Position numbers and translations under genes: made by a program. This document shows, piece after piece, positions 9,718-18,480 of a DNA stretch of 64,000 nt (position 1 is the first letter of the stretch; every line of letters begins with the position of its first letter). This stretch comes from Thermoanaerobaculia bacterium (GTDB lineage Bacteria; Acidobacteriota; Thermoanaerobaculia; UBA5066): positions 1,664,001 through 1,728,000 of the forward strand of contig CAVRAY010000001.1 in the NCBI GenBank assembly GCA_963719225.1, in the 5' to 3' direction. Under the pieces are notes generated by a model, which was given only the letters and a program-made list of their open reading frames with translations, was not told the DNA's origin and did no database searches.

Positions 9718-10041
9718 ATGACGATGCGTAGGAAGTTGCTGAACCTCGGCGTTCTTGTGATCGCCCTCGGGGTAGGCGCAGGGTGCAGCAGCACGGCCAT
9801 CCCCGGTGCCGAAAACGTGCGCATCACCGAGGACCCGAAGGACGTCGCCGCGTGCAAGCTGATCGAGGCGCGGCCGTCCGCCTACGTGTTCAACACGAAG
9901 GCCGTCAGGGTCACGCTGCAGGACTTCGCCATGCAGCACGGCGGCGATACCGTCCTGCTTCGCGTCCCGAACGCGGGCGTTATTTACAACTGCAAGGGTG
10001 TAGACACGCGCCAGCCGGTCCCCGTCGCGCCGCCGAAGTAG
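9718..10041 (+). CDS. DUF4156-like lipoprotein
   Basis: GGAGG RBS, lipobox GAG-C, GAENVRIT...ACKLI...GGDTVLL...IYNC pattern. Confidence 0.7.
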   Translation: MTMRRKLLNLGVLVIALGVGAGCSSTAIPGAENVRITEDPKDVAACKLIEARPSAYVFNTKAVRVTLQDFAMQHGGDTVLLRVPNAGVIYNCKGVDTRQPVPVAPPK

Positions 10042-10250
10042 GAGCGAGGGCGGACCTGGGCCTTCTTCGCGCTCGTCGTGACGAACGGTGAGCTTCCCAA
10101 TCAGCACCGCGCACTCGTCGACCTCGCTCGCGCGGCAGCCTGCCACACGCCCGAGCATCTCGGCCGGGGCCGAGGCCGCGCCTCCCGGCAGTTCGCCTGC
10201 GTGCGGCCTGCCGGCAGCGGAGGCGCCCGGCTTCGCAGACTTCGGCGCGC

Positions 10251-11718
10251 TCACCAGTCACCGTCCCACGCCGAGCGCGTCGGCGGGCTGCCCCAGGCCA
10301 CGAGCTTCTCCGCCGCCTCGGGCGTCAGCCAGGCGCTCGGCTGCCGATCGCCGCCGATGTCGTCCAACGTGAACGACCGGCCACCGGCCGCGACGCTCAA
10401 CGCGACGAGGAGCGAGTCGAAGAGGTCCGGCGAGTCCGACGGGTCGACGCAGCGAATCTTTCCGCTGCTCGTGATCAGGTACTTCATCCCGAGAAGCTCG
10501 CGGCGGAGGCCGTCGTGCTTCGGAAGGCGGAAGAGGCCCGCTTCGAGGAGGCCGCGAAGCGCCCACGCAAGTTCAGCCTTCACGTTGACGAAGCGGTCCG
10601 GTTCGAGGGCGCGGTCGCTCGCGCGGAACGCGACGATGCCGAGCGCCTTCTCCTCGCGCAGCGCGTCGGCGACGCCCTGCCCGATCGCCACCGTGTCGAT
10701 CGCGAGGACGCGCGCGCCGGCCTCGCGCAACCGCATCAACGTCTTCCCGCGCGTCACGGCGGTGTCGCGCTCGTGCCAGCCCTCGACCGAACGAAGTTGA
10801 AAGCGGCCGAGAGCGTCGGGGCCGGCGAGAAGCGAGAGCGCCGAGGCGTCGCCCGCGACGCTGCCCGCAACGTCGAGACCGGCGACGGGCACGCCGTCCA
10901 CCTCGAAGCCGGCGTCTTCGGCTCTCGCAATCCAGGAGTACGGGAACAAGCTGCCTTCGTCGTCGGCGATGTAGCGCGCGAGGCACCTGCTTTGATACTC
11001 GGGCGACTGCTCGCCCCATTCGGCGAGGCGAGCGGCCTTCCATTCCGCCTTGCCCGGCAGGCCCTCGGCGATCAGGTCGTCGATCGTCACGACGGCGCGA
11101 ACGACACTCGGCCCACCCTTGACGTCGCGCTCATAGAACGGGCCGGAAGGAATCGACGGGGTCGAGATCATCACGTCGAGCGTCTCGGGCGCGTCGAGGA
11201 GCGCCTCGGTCGACTCGAAGATCGCGGGCTCGATCGCCTTCGCCTCGTCTGCGATTCGGAGCGCCGCCACCGGGGAGTGTCTGCCTTCCAAGTTCACGGC
11301 GTGATCCGTCGAGAGGCCGACGAGGTCCCACGCGACGCCGAACGTCAGTTCCGTCTGCAAGAGGCGGCCGACGCCGGCCGAGGCGAGGAGGCTGCCGCCG
11401 TAAAGGCGCGCCAGCTCGACCCAGAGGACGCCTTCCACGGCCGCCCACGTCGGCGCCGTCGTCAGGCCGCGAGCGCCGGGCCTCGTCGCCATCCACCACA
11501 GACCGAGTGCCGCCGCCTCAAGTCGTCTTACCAGCGCCGTGTGCCGTTCGCGCGTGAACCCGGAGATGCTGCTTGCCGCGAACGAGGCGCGCGCGGATCT
11601 CCTCGCAGTGCGCGGCCTGCCAACGCCGAGGCTCGCCGCGAAGGACGAGGCGCCAGAAGAGCGCCGGATCGTCGCGACACTCCGCGAGGACGAGGGCGAG
11701 GTCGCGAGCGGTCGTCAC
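10251..11718 (-). pseudogene. terL: Terminase large subunit, frameshifted at ~11519
   Basis: Walker A (AHGAGKTT) in 11518-11718 continues in another frame: APT, Walker B IADEAK, RNase H-like GLDVA, IDTVAIGQG, SPDLFDS. Confidence 0.8.
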
Positions 11719-12313
11719 GAGCCGGCTCCGTCTTCGGGGTCCGACGCGGCGCCCGGCACAGAGACGCGCGGTTTTACTAACCTCGGATCGCCCCCCTTAA
11801 GTCCCGCCGCCAGAACGCCAGCCGGTAAAGCGGGTACGACATCGGGACGGGTCGCAGAGGTTTCCTCGCCCCTCGTCGCCTCGACCTTGAGGGCCGACGC
11901 GGGCTCGGCCGAACCTTCTACAACGCCCTGCGCCAGCTGCGCGCAGGCTTGTGTGACCTGAGCGGCTTCGAGCCCGGCTCTTCTCTGCCGAGCTTCGGCA
12001 AGGGCGCGCGCAAGCTCGGCGCTCAAGTCGCCGAAGCCGCCGCCCAGCGTGACCGACTGTTTCGGAGCGCCCCAGCTCCAGAGCAGAATCGCACGAGCCG
12101 CCTCGAATCGAATGCGCCCGCTGCGCGACGAGAGCAACGCCCGGAGCGTCTCGGCGGCCTGCGCACTCATCGCGTCGGCGACCTCGATACCGGCGCGCGT
12201 TCGACGATCCTTCAGGCCACGCGGGCGGCCGGGATTCTTCGGCGGGAACGGCCGGCCGATTCGCGTCTCGGGCGATCCGTTCGCGCGGCGGGCACGCCCG
12301 TCGTCTCCGTCAT
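11715..12313 (-). CDS. Putative terminase small subunit (DUF5681-like), probable frameshift near the 5' end
   Basis: Frame upstream of ATG 12170 reads GRPFPPKNPGRPRGLKDRRTR; directly upstream of terL; ATG 12313 with RBS is in another frame. Confidence 0.5.
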
Positions 12314-12320
12314 TCAGCCT

Positions 12321-12432
12321 TCTCCGTTCCGAGGCGTTCCGACCCGTTCCGACCAGTTCCTAGAGCGCGTCGGGAACACGTCACCCTCTCCGGCGCCGGG
12401 ACGCCGCGAGGCGTTCCCACGAGGCGTTCCCG
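12321..12432. repeat. GTTCC iteron-like repeats (putative replication origin)
   Basis: tctccgttcc gaggcgttcc gacccgttcc gaccagttcc at exact 10-bp period, an inverted GGAAC at 12373, and further gcgttccc copies at 12411 and 12424. Confidence 0.5.
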
Positions 12433-12486
12433 GCGCCCCGGGGGTACGGGGGGGAAATGACATCTCAAAACTCACCCCTTCGGCGG

Positions 12487-13763
12487 TCACGGGAGGGCCT
12501 CCCCGGGCGCCTCGACGTTTTGACGCGTTCCCGCTCCTGCCTCGTCCGTCGCGACCCAGACCCGAACGGTCCGCCGGTCGCCGTTCGCGTTCAGGCGTAC
12601 TACCGTTTCGAGGCGGATTCGGCCCTGCGCGTGACGCTGCCCGGCGAGATCGCCGACCCACTGCTTACGGCGACCGAGCGCCTTCGCCAGCTCCTCGACG
12701 GTGAGCCCGTCCCGGTGCCGGCGGAGGAGGAGGTCGAAGTCCTCCAGTTGCGCCGGTCGCGCTCCTCTGCCTTCGCGCTCGCCTCTGCCTTGCGGCGCTC
12801 CGGCGACGAGGGCTGCTCCTCGTCGGTCGACTCGGCGACCCGGTAGACGGCGAGGTCGCGGGAGTAGACGAGGGCGAGCGGCGACGGCTCGTCGCCGCTC
12901 CGAACCTTGTCGAAGACGAGGAGGCGCGCGTCGCGGTCGGAGCCCTTCGGGTGCTCGAAGATGAGCGAGAGGTCCGGGTCGTCGCGCATCGCCGACGTTC
13001 CCCGGATACGGTGACGGGATTCCTTTCCGTCTGTCGGCTTCGAGAAGTGGTGGAGGACGAGGAAGGCGATGCCGTGCTTCTCGGCGAGGCCGAGGAGCGG
13101 GCGGACGACGCCGGCCCGAAAGCGCGAGGCGTCGTTCTCGTCGTCGAAGTAGAAGCGCCCGAGCGGGTCGGCGACGACGAGCTTGATGCCGACGGCGGCG
13201 CAACGCGCGACCGTCGCGGCGAACTCCGGCGAGCGAAACTCCGCCGGCCGCGCTCCGCGCGACGGGACGTAGAAGTCCGGGGCCTCGATACCGAGCGCGT
13301 CGGCCGCCACGCGAATGCGGCGCTTGAATAGCTGCCGGTTTCCCTCCGCGAGCCAGTGAAAGACCGGAGCCGGCGAATGCGAGCGCCATCCGAACGCGCC
13401 GCGCCCTACGGAGAGGAGCAGCCCGGCGTTGACGGCGAGCGTCGTCTTACCGACGCCTCCCTCCCCGGAAAGCATCGCTAGCCCGCCCGCCGGGAGGAGC
13501 CCTTCGAGGAGCCACGCGACCGGCTCCTCCTCCTCGCCCAAGGCGGCGGAGAGGAGCACCGGCTCGACGCCACCATCGGCCGCGACGACGCGCCGGCCGT
13601 CCGACGCGGGCGAGGCGGGTTCCGTCGCGGGCACCACGAACTCCTCGCCCCAGTCGTTCCCGGCCTCCGTCGTCGAGTCGGCGTCGCGTGCCGCCTCCTC
13701 GCGCGTCGCGCCGAGACGTGCGACCTCCTCGATGATGTGGCTCGGCCGGTTCGGCTCGGTCAT
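12487..13763 (-). CDS. AAA_25/RepA-like SF4 helicase with C-terminal wHTH (frameshift ~12750)
   Basis: LLPAGGLAMLSGEGGVGKTT, VVADPL, VLHHFSK...RGTSA; the HTH (GLTVEELAKALGRRKQWV) is in a shifted frame. Confidence 0.8.
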
Positions 13764-14281
13764 CCGCGCCCCCGCGCCCGCTTCTGCTCCCGAGCGACAC
13801 GAGCGAAAACCTCGAGGATCTCCTCCTCGTTAGGCACCGGGCCGGCGTAGTTCGTCACCCAGGCCCCGACGAGGACGAGCGCGACGAGGTGAGCGACGCC
13901 CTTGTCGAGAAGGTAGCGCGTCAGGGTCGCGATCGCGTCCGCCCGCTCCTCGCCGAACGCGAGGCGCGTGGCGATCTTCAGCACGGCGCCGTCGGGCGTC
14001 TTCTCGAAGAAGTCCGCCCCCCGCTTCCCGACGAGTTCCCCGAGCCACGCCGGCGCGCGCTCGCCGATCAACGCGCGGGCCGCGAGCCTCCGGTTCCGCG
14101 CCGCCGCGATAGCGGCCCGCCGCTTCTCCTCGGAGGACATCGCCGCGCGCCGCGACTCCGCCTCTCGGACGAACGCGCCCGCGTTGAACGCGAGGACGTC
14201 CGCGAGGCGCTCGTCGGCGGTGCCGTCTAGCGCGGCGCGGGCCGCCTCGTCGTTCGCAGGCACCTCGATGACGTCGCTCAC
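13760..14281 (-). CDS. Primase C-terminal (PriCT-1)-like protein
   Basis: GEERADAIATLTRYLLDKGV...AWVTNYAGPVPNEEEILEVF pattern; GTGA coupling. Confidence 0.55.
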   Translation of the reverse strand: MSDVIEVPANDEAARAALDGTADERLADVLAFNAGAFVREAESRRAAMSSEEKRRAAIAAARNRRLAARALIGERAPAWLGELVGKRGADFFEKTPDGAVLKIATRLAFGEERADAIATLTRYLLDKGVAHLVALVLVGAWVTNYAGPVPNEEEILEVFARVAREQKRARGRG

Positions 14282-15313
14282 GCGCGGTCCGCTCCGAGCA
14301 CGAGGTCCGCCGCGACCTCGTCGTCGTCCGGCCGCGCCCTCTCGTCCGCGACCTGCTGCGCCTGGACCGAATCGGGCGCCTCCTTCCCCCATGAATCAAA
14401 GCCGGCAATCGTGCGTCTCGAAAACATGTCCAGCCGCCTCCCGGCCGTGACGCGCCGGACGAGGTCGTAGAACGCCTCGGGCTTCTCGCTGTGCTTGCCG
14501 CGCGGCGCCTCGAAGCAGGTCGGGAACGCCTTCGTGTCCATGAACAACGGCGAGCCCTTGCGCGCGTAGAGGGCGAACTCGCAGTTGTACGCCGGACCTC
14601 CGAGCGGCTGGTAGCCGCCCGGCTTGTGCCAGACAAACGTGCAGACGTACGTCAGGCCCCACGTCCGAAGCAGGCCGAACGCGTCCGGAAGAAACCGATG
14701 CGTCGTCCAGAGCCAGAAATGGGCGTCCTCTGCCAGCGGCGGCGCTATCGCCGCGATCTCGTCGAGGCTCATCGTCGGGTACTGAAAACCCGGGTGACTC
14801 GGGCTATCGCGCTCCATCCACTCGACGGGCCACGGTGGGTCGTCGACGGCGGCGTCGTAGGTCCCGGCAAGGGCCTTTGTTTCGCGGGCCTCGACGTCGT
14901 CGAGCTTCCGCCGCGCCTCGTCGCACCTAGCTGCCTGCCGAAGGCGACGATGTCTTTTCGCTCCGTCTCGGGCGTCACTTCGCCGGACTCGATGGCCGCG
15001 AGGAGCTTCTCCTCGGGCCACCGGGAGAGTTGATAGAGCGTTCCCACGAGGGCGGTAAAGCGAAACGGTGTTTCGCATTTGAGAGGACTGGGTTACGGGC
15101 AATGGCCATGAGCATCTGCGCCGCGCGTGGCCCGAAGGGCAATTCCGCCTCGACCATCGCCTCGAAGTCGCCGTGCTGTAGAGCCTCCTTCGCCCCGAGG
15201 AGAAGCCGGCCGGTGCCAACGATCCCTTCGACGAGCCCGGACCACATGGCGTAGATCGCGTCGCGCCAGTCGGCGGCCGTAGACAGCGCGGCCGGCATGA
15301 TGGCGGCGCTCAC
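14278..15313 (-). pseudogene. DUF3102-like N-terminus fused to MT-A70 family adenine methyltransferase, two frameshifts (~15040, ~14920)
   Basis: DPPW, YPTMSLDEI, FWLWTT, WHKP, HSEKPE, RLDMFSR; N-terminal GRLLLGAKEALQHGDFEAMVEAELPF. Confidence 0.75.
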
Positions 15314-15618
15314 GCGGTCCTCCGGCGTACTAGCGGGGCGGGCGTCAACGCGGCCTCCGTCACCCTGCGCCACGCGGCGACCATCCTCGGCGTCGAGACC
15401 CAACGGCCCGACGAGTCGCGGCGCACGAGCAGGTCGAGCCGATGCCGCGCGCGCTCCGACGGCGAGCGGAGCCACCTTCTCAAGGTCGCGACGCTGCGCC
15501 GGATCGACGACGCGACCTCGTCGAGCCCGATCTCGCGATCGGCGCCGCCGACGAGCGCGATGCGCTCAAGCTCCGCGACGCGGCGCGCGAGGTCCGCGAT
15601 GAGGGCGGCCTCGCTCAT
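15310..15618 (-). CDS. Excisionase/AlpA-like HTH protein
   Basis: IGLDEVASSIRRSVATLRRW. Confidence 0.6.
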   Translation of the reverse strand: MSEAALIADLARRVAELERIALVGGADREIGLDEVASSIRRSVATLRRWLRSPSERARHRLDLLVRRDSSGRWVSTPRMVAAWRRVTEAALTPAPLVRRRTA

Positions 15619-15839
15619 CGCGAGCCGCCCGCAGCGATCTTGTCGACGGCCTCGTCGAGACGGCGGAGCACGTCGGGGTCCACGCGCTCGGGGAATCTTT
15701 CGGCGATGGACGCCGTCGTCAAGCTCACGTGCGCGACCCTCGCCGTCTCGGCCAACGTGAGGCCGGCTCCGTTGACGGCGACGCGGAGACGCTTCAGGCG
15801 AAGCTCGGTCGCGGGCGAGAAGATGCGGCGTCGTTCCAT
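15615..15839 (-). CDS. Cro/XRE-like HTH protein
   Basis: LRVAVNGAGLTLAETARVAHVSLTTASIAER. Confidence 0.65.
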   Translation of the reverse strand: MERRRIFSPATELRLKRLRVAVNGAGLTLAETARVAHVSLTTASIAERFPERVDPDVLRRLDEAVDKIAAGGSR

Positions 15840-15911
15840 CGGCGCCGCTAATTACGAATCTAAATCGGGGCGCCGCGCCGGACGAGATGTCGCGGATCTC
15901 GTCCGGGATTT

Positions 15912-16652
15912 CTAGCGCTTCGGTCGCCCGCCCGCGCTCTTGGTCGCCCGCTCGACGCGCTTTCTAATCGCCTCGGCCAACCGCTCCAGCACCAGCGGGT
16001 CGCGCTCTACAGCCACCTTTGCGGCTTCCGGGTCGCGCGACCGTCGGTCGATCCTCTCGGCCCAAAGGACGAGCCCCTGCTTTGCGGCGCTCCGTCCACG
16101 GCGCCGCATCTCGTCGACGTGACGCGCTACCTGTCTTCTCAAGTCCGCGATCGCTCGCGAGTCCCCGGCCGTCGCCGACGAAAGGCTCGCTCCGGCTCCC
16201 CGAAGAAGACTCTTCGAGAACGCGAGCGCGTCGAGGAGGTCGACGTCGCGCCGCCGCTCACGGAGGGATGCTTTTACGCCCGGATCGAGGACCCGTCGCC
16301 GCCTGAGCGCGCTTACCACATCGTCGAAGGCGTCGGGCATGCGGCCGTCCTCGTGCAACATCGCGAGGTTGATGAACGCCTCCTGGACGCTCGAAGCTCG
16401 GACGACGGTCATGTCCTCGGCGAGCAGTTCGCCGAGGCGGTACACGAGGTCGGTTCGGTGCAACCCGCGAGCCGCGAGCCACTCGCGGACACGAATCTCC
16501 GCCGCGTACGCGCCGGAGAGGTGCCAGAAGGCCGAGACGCCAAGCTCTCCGAGGCCCTCTGCGGTCCGGCGAAGCCTCGACGCGTGCACGTCTCTCGTTG
16601 CCGCCGTCGCCGTCTTCGGTTTCGCGCCCACGTTCCCTCGCTCCCCTCGCAC
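15912..16652 (-). CDS. Hypothetical protein (first gene of the element)
   Basis: 246-aa ORF co-oriented with the element core. Confidence 0.5.
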   Translation of the reverse strand: MRGERGNVGAKPKTATAATRDVHASRLRRTAEGLGELGVSAFWHLSGAYAAEIRVREWLAARGLHRTDLVYRLGELLAEDMTVVRASSVQEAFINLAMLHEDGRMPDAFDDVVSALRRRRVLDPGVKASLRERRRDVDLLDALAFSKSLLRGAGASLSSATAGDSRAIADLRRQVARHVDEMRRRGRSAAKQGLVLWAERIDRRSRDPEAAKVAVERDPLVLERLAEAIRKRVERATKSAGGRPKR

Positions 16653-16763
16653 CGTGAGAGCCGAGGCGGGCGCGGGAGCGAGGAGAACCGCCTTCGGCGT
16701 CGGGAGCTACCCGGCGCCGCCCGCCCGGCGAGGAGAAGTCTAGATTGAGAACGAAGCGAAGAG

Positions 16764-16788
16764 CGCAACCCGTACTGTTGTCGTACCG
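16764..16788 (+). promoter_or_regulatory. Putative integrase arm-type site, right
   Basis: cgcaacccgtactgttgtcgtaccg; same spacing as 2788-2812. Confidence 0.6.
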
Positions 16789-16838
16789 CATCGATTCCGG
16801 CGACTCACGGCAAAGGGTTTACCGGCGAGGCGGGCTAA

Positions 16839-16877
16839 TTAGGAAACCGCTGCTCTATCCAACTGAGCTACGGGCCC
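16839..16877 (-). repeat. att core copy (orphan tRNA 5' half, ends in the anticodon loop)
   Basis: Identical to 2689-2727; no tRNA 3' half follows it. Confidence 0.95.
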
Positions 16878-16977
16878 GGACCTCTGGCCCCGATCTGGCC
16901 GCGGCGAGCGAGTGTATCCGATCGACCCGCCGCGGAGTCCCTTGCGCCCGCCGCTGAGCGGGGTATCGTTAGCCGTC

Positions 16978-18480
16978 ATGGCCGGCTGGCGGCGGGCGAT
17001 CCTCGGCGCGTTCTGCATAAGCGCCCACGCGGCTCTGGCAGGCGGGCCGCCGCCCCTCGAGGCGGTCAGGGAGTGCCGCTGGGACGGCCCGACGCTCCTC
17101 GTCGACCTGCCGTGCGCTCTCCGGCTGGCGCGGCAGAACAGTTTCGACATCCTCGACCAGGAAACTTTCCTCAAGGCAAGCGAGCGGCGCGAAAAGCTCG
17201 CCGAGCGGGACTTCGCGGTTCTGTTGACGCCCTCGGTTTCGGCGGTCACGACGGGAAGCTCCCCTCAGAGCACGGCCGGGGGTACCGGGACGGCCACGGC
17301 GACACCCTCGACCGACTTCTACCGGGCAGGCCTCGGCCTCTCGAAGCTCTTCGGCATCGGGACCAACGTGAGCGTTCAGCCCTTCTACGAGTTCGGAGAA
17401 GGCAACCGGGCATCGGGCGTCCTCGCCGGCATCTCGCAGCCGTTCCTGCGCGGCGTGGCGCCGGTCTACGTCCGGAGCGCGCTGGACGCCGCAAAGTCAC
17501 AGGAGAGGGTCGCCGGCTGGTCGCAGATCCAGTCGTGCCTCGGCACGCTCGTCGGGGTCGTCGGACAGCTTTCCAGCCTCGGTGAGATACAGGAACGGCA
17601 TCGCCTCTTCTCGGAATCGCTGCTGTCGATGGAAACGAAGCTGACGATCACGGAAGCGCGCGAGCGCGCCGGCCTCGCATCCAGCCTCGATGTCCTTCGC
17701 ACGCGTATCGAGCGGACGAACCTCCGGGACCTCGTCGCCTCCGTCTCCGAGCAGCTCGAAGGTGCCGTCGACGCACTCCGCTTCACCCTTCGACTCCCGC
17801 AGGGCCTGCCGATCCGGGGCCTGGTGGGACCGAGGGACGAGCCGAAGCGGCCGGAGCCGGACGTGGAAACGTCCGGGCGATTCGACGTGAAGATCGCCTC
17901 GGAGGCGCTCTCGGAAGCGCGCCGGCAAGTCCGCGTCACGCGTCACGCGATCCTTCCCGACCTGAGCGCAGCATTCACCATGACGTATCGCAAGTCGGAA
18001 GCCCCCGAGCTACCCGCGACCCTGGCCTCCCCGTCTGGCACCACGTGGGCCCTCTCCGTCAGCAGCTCCGGTGAGATCCGGCGGTCCGCCGAACGGGCCG
18101 CGTACCAGGATGCCCTCGATCGCGTGGAGGTCGCGACCCGCGCCCTCATCCAGACGCAGGAGCGGGCACGGGACGAAATCCGCTCTCTCGGCCGCCTTCT
18201 CGACCGGCTCCACAAGCAGGAGGCGATTCAAAGGGAGCAGATCGAGCAGGCGGCTTCCAAGCTCGCGATCGCCGAGGCCAAGTTCCGGAACGGCCTCGCG
18301 AGCAATTTCGACTTCCTCGAGGCGGAGTCGGAGCTTCGGAACGCGCAGGTCAACCTCCTGGTGGCGCAGCGGGACCTGGTTCCCGCCGCGTATCGCCTCC
18401 TGAATGGGATGGGCCTTTACGACGAATGGCTGAAGGAGACCTATGCCGTGGATTGCGCGGCTTCGACGTCTTCTCACTGA
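16978..18480 (+). CDS. TolC family outer membrane efflux protein
   Basis: Signal peptide; AGLASSLDVL and KFRNGLASNFDFLEAE repeats. Confidence 0.85.
   Translation: MAGWRRAILGAFCISAHAALAGGPPPLEAVRECRWDGPTLLVDLPCALRLARQNSFDILDQETFLKASERREKLAERDFAVLLTPSVSAVTTGSSPQSTAGGTGTATATPSTDFYRAGLGLSKLFGIGTNVSVQPFYEFGEGNRASGVLAGISQPFLRGVAPVYVRSALDAAKSQERVAGWSQIQSCLGTLVGVVGQLSSLGEIQERHRLFSESLLSMETKLTITEARERAGLASSLDVLRTRIERTNLRDLVASVSEQLEGAVDALRFTLRLPQGLPIRGLVGPRDEPKRPEPDVETSGRFDVKIASEALSEARRQVRVTRHAILPDLSAAFTMTYRKSEAPELPATLASPSGTTWALSVSSSGEIRRSAERAAYQDALDRVEVATRALIQTQERARDEIRSLGRLLDRLHKQEAIQREQIEQAASKLAIAEAKFRNGLASNFDFLEAESELRNAQVNLLVAQRDLVPAAYRLLNGMGLYDEWLKETYAVDCAASTSSH

Larger units (their letters stand above)
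2689..16877. mobile_element. Integrated phage-satellite-like element in tRNA-Arg(CCT), 14,150 bp repeat-to-repeat
   Basis: Perfect 39-bp direct repeat at 2689-2727 and 16839-16877, adjacent tyrosine integrase, terminase/helicase/methylase/HTH genes inside. Confidence 0.92.

Noticed and set aside
11510-11525. Programmed frameshift in terL
   Set aside because: No slippery heptamer, and many neighbouring genes are also shifted; decay or sequencing error is simpler.
12321-12432. Short periodic repeats as a CRISPR array
   Set aside because: 5-bp unit at 10-bp period, no spacers, no cas genes.
16839-17249. ORF ending in the same GPVAQLDRAAVS peptide as the integrase (split integrase as in SSV1 or Mx8?)
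   Set aside because: It is antisense to tolC and only reads through the att copy. The int stop lies inside the shared core, so recombination does not change the integrase.
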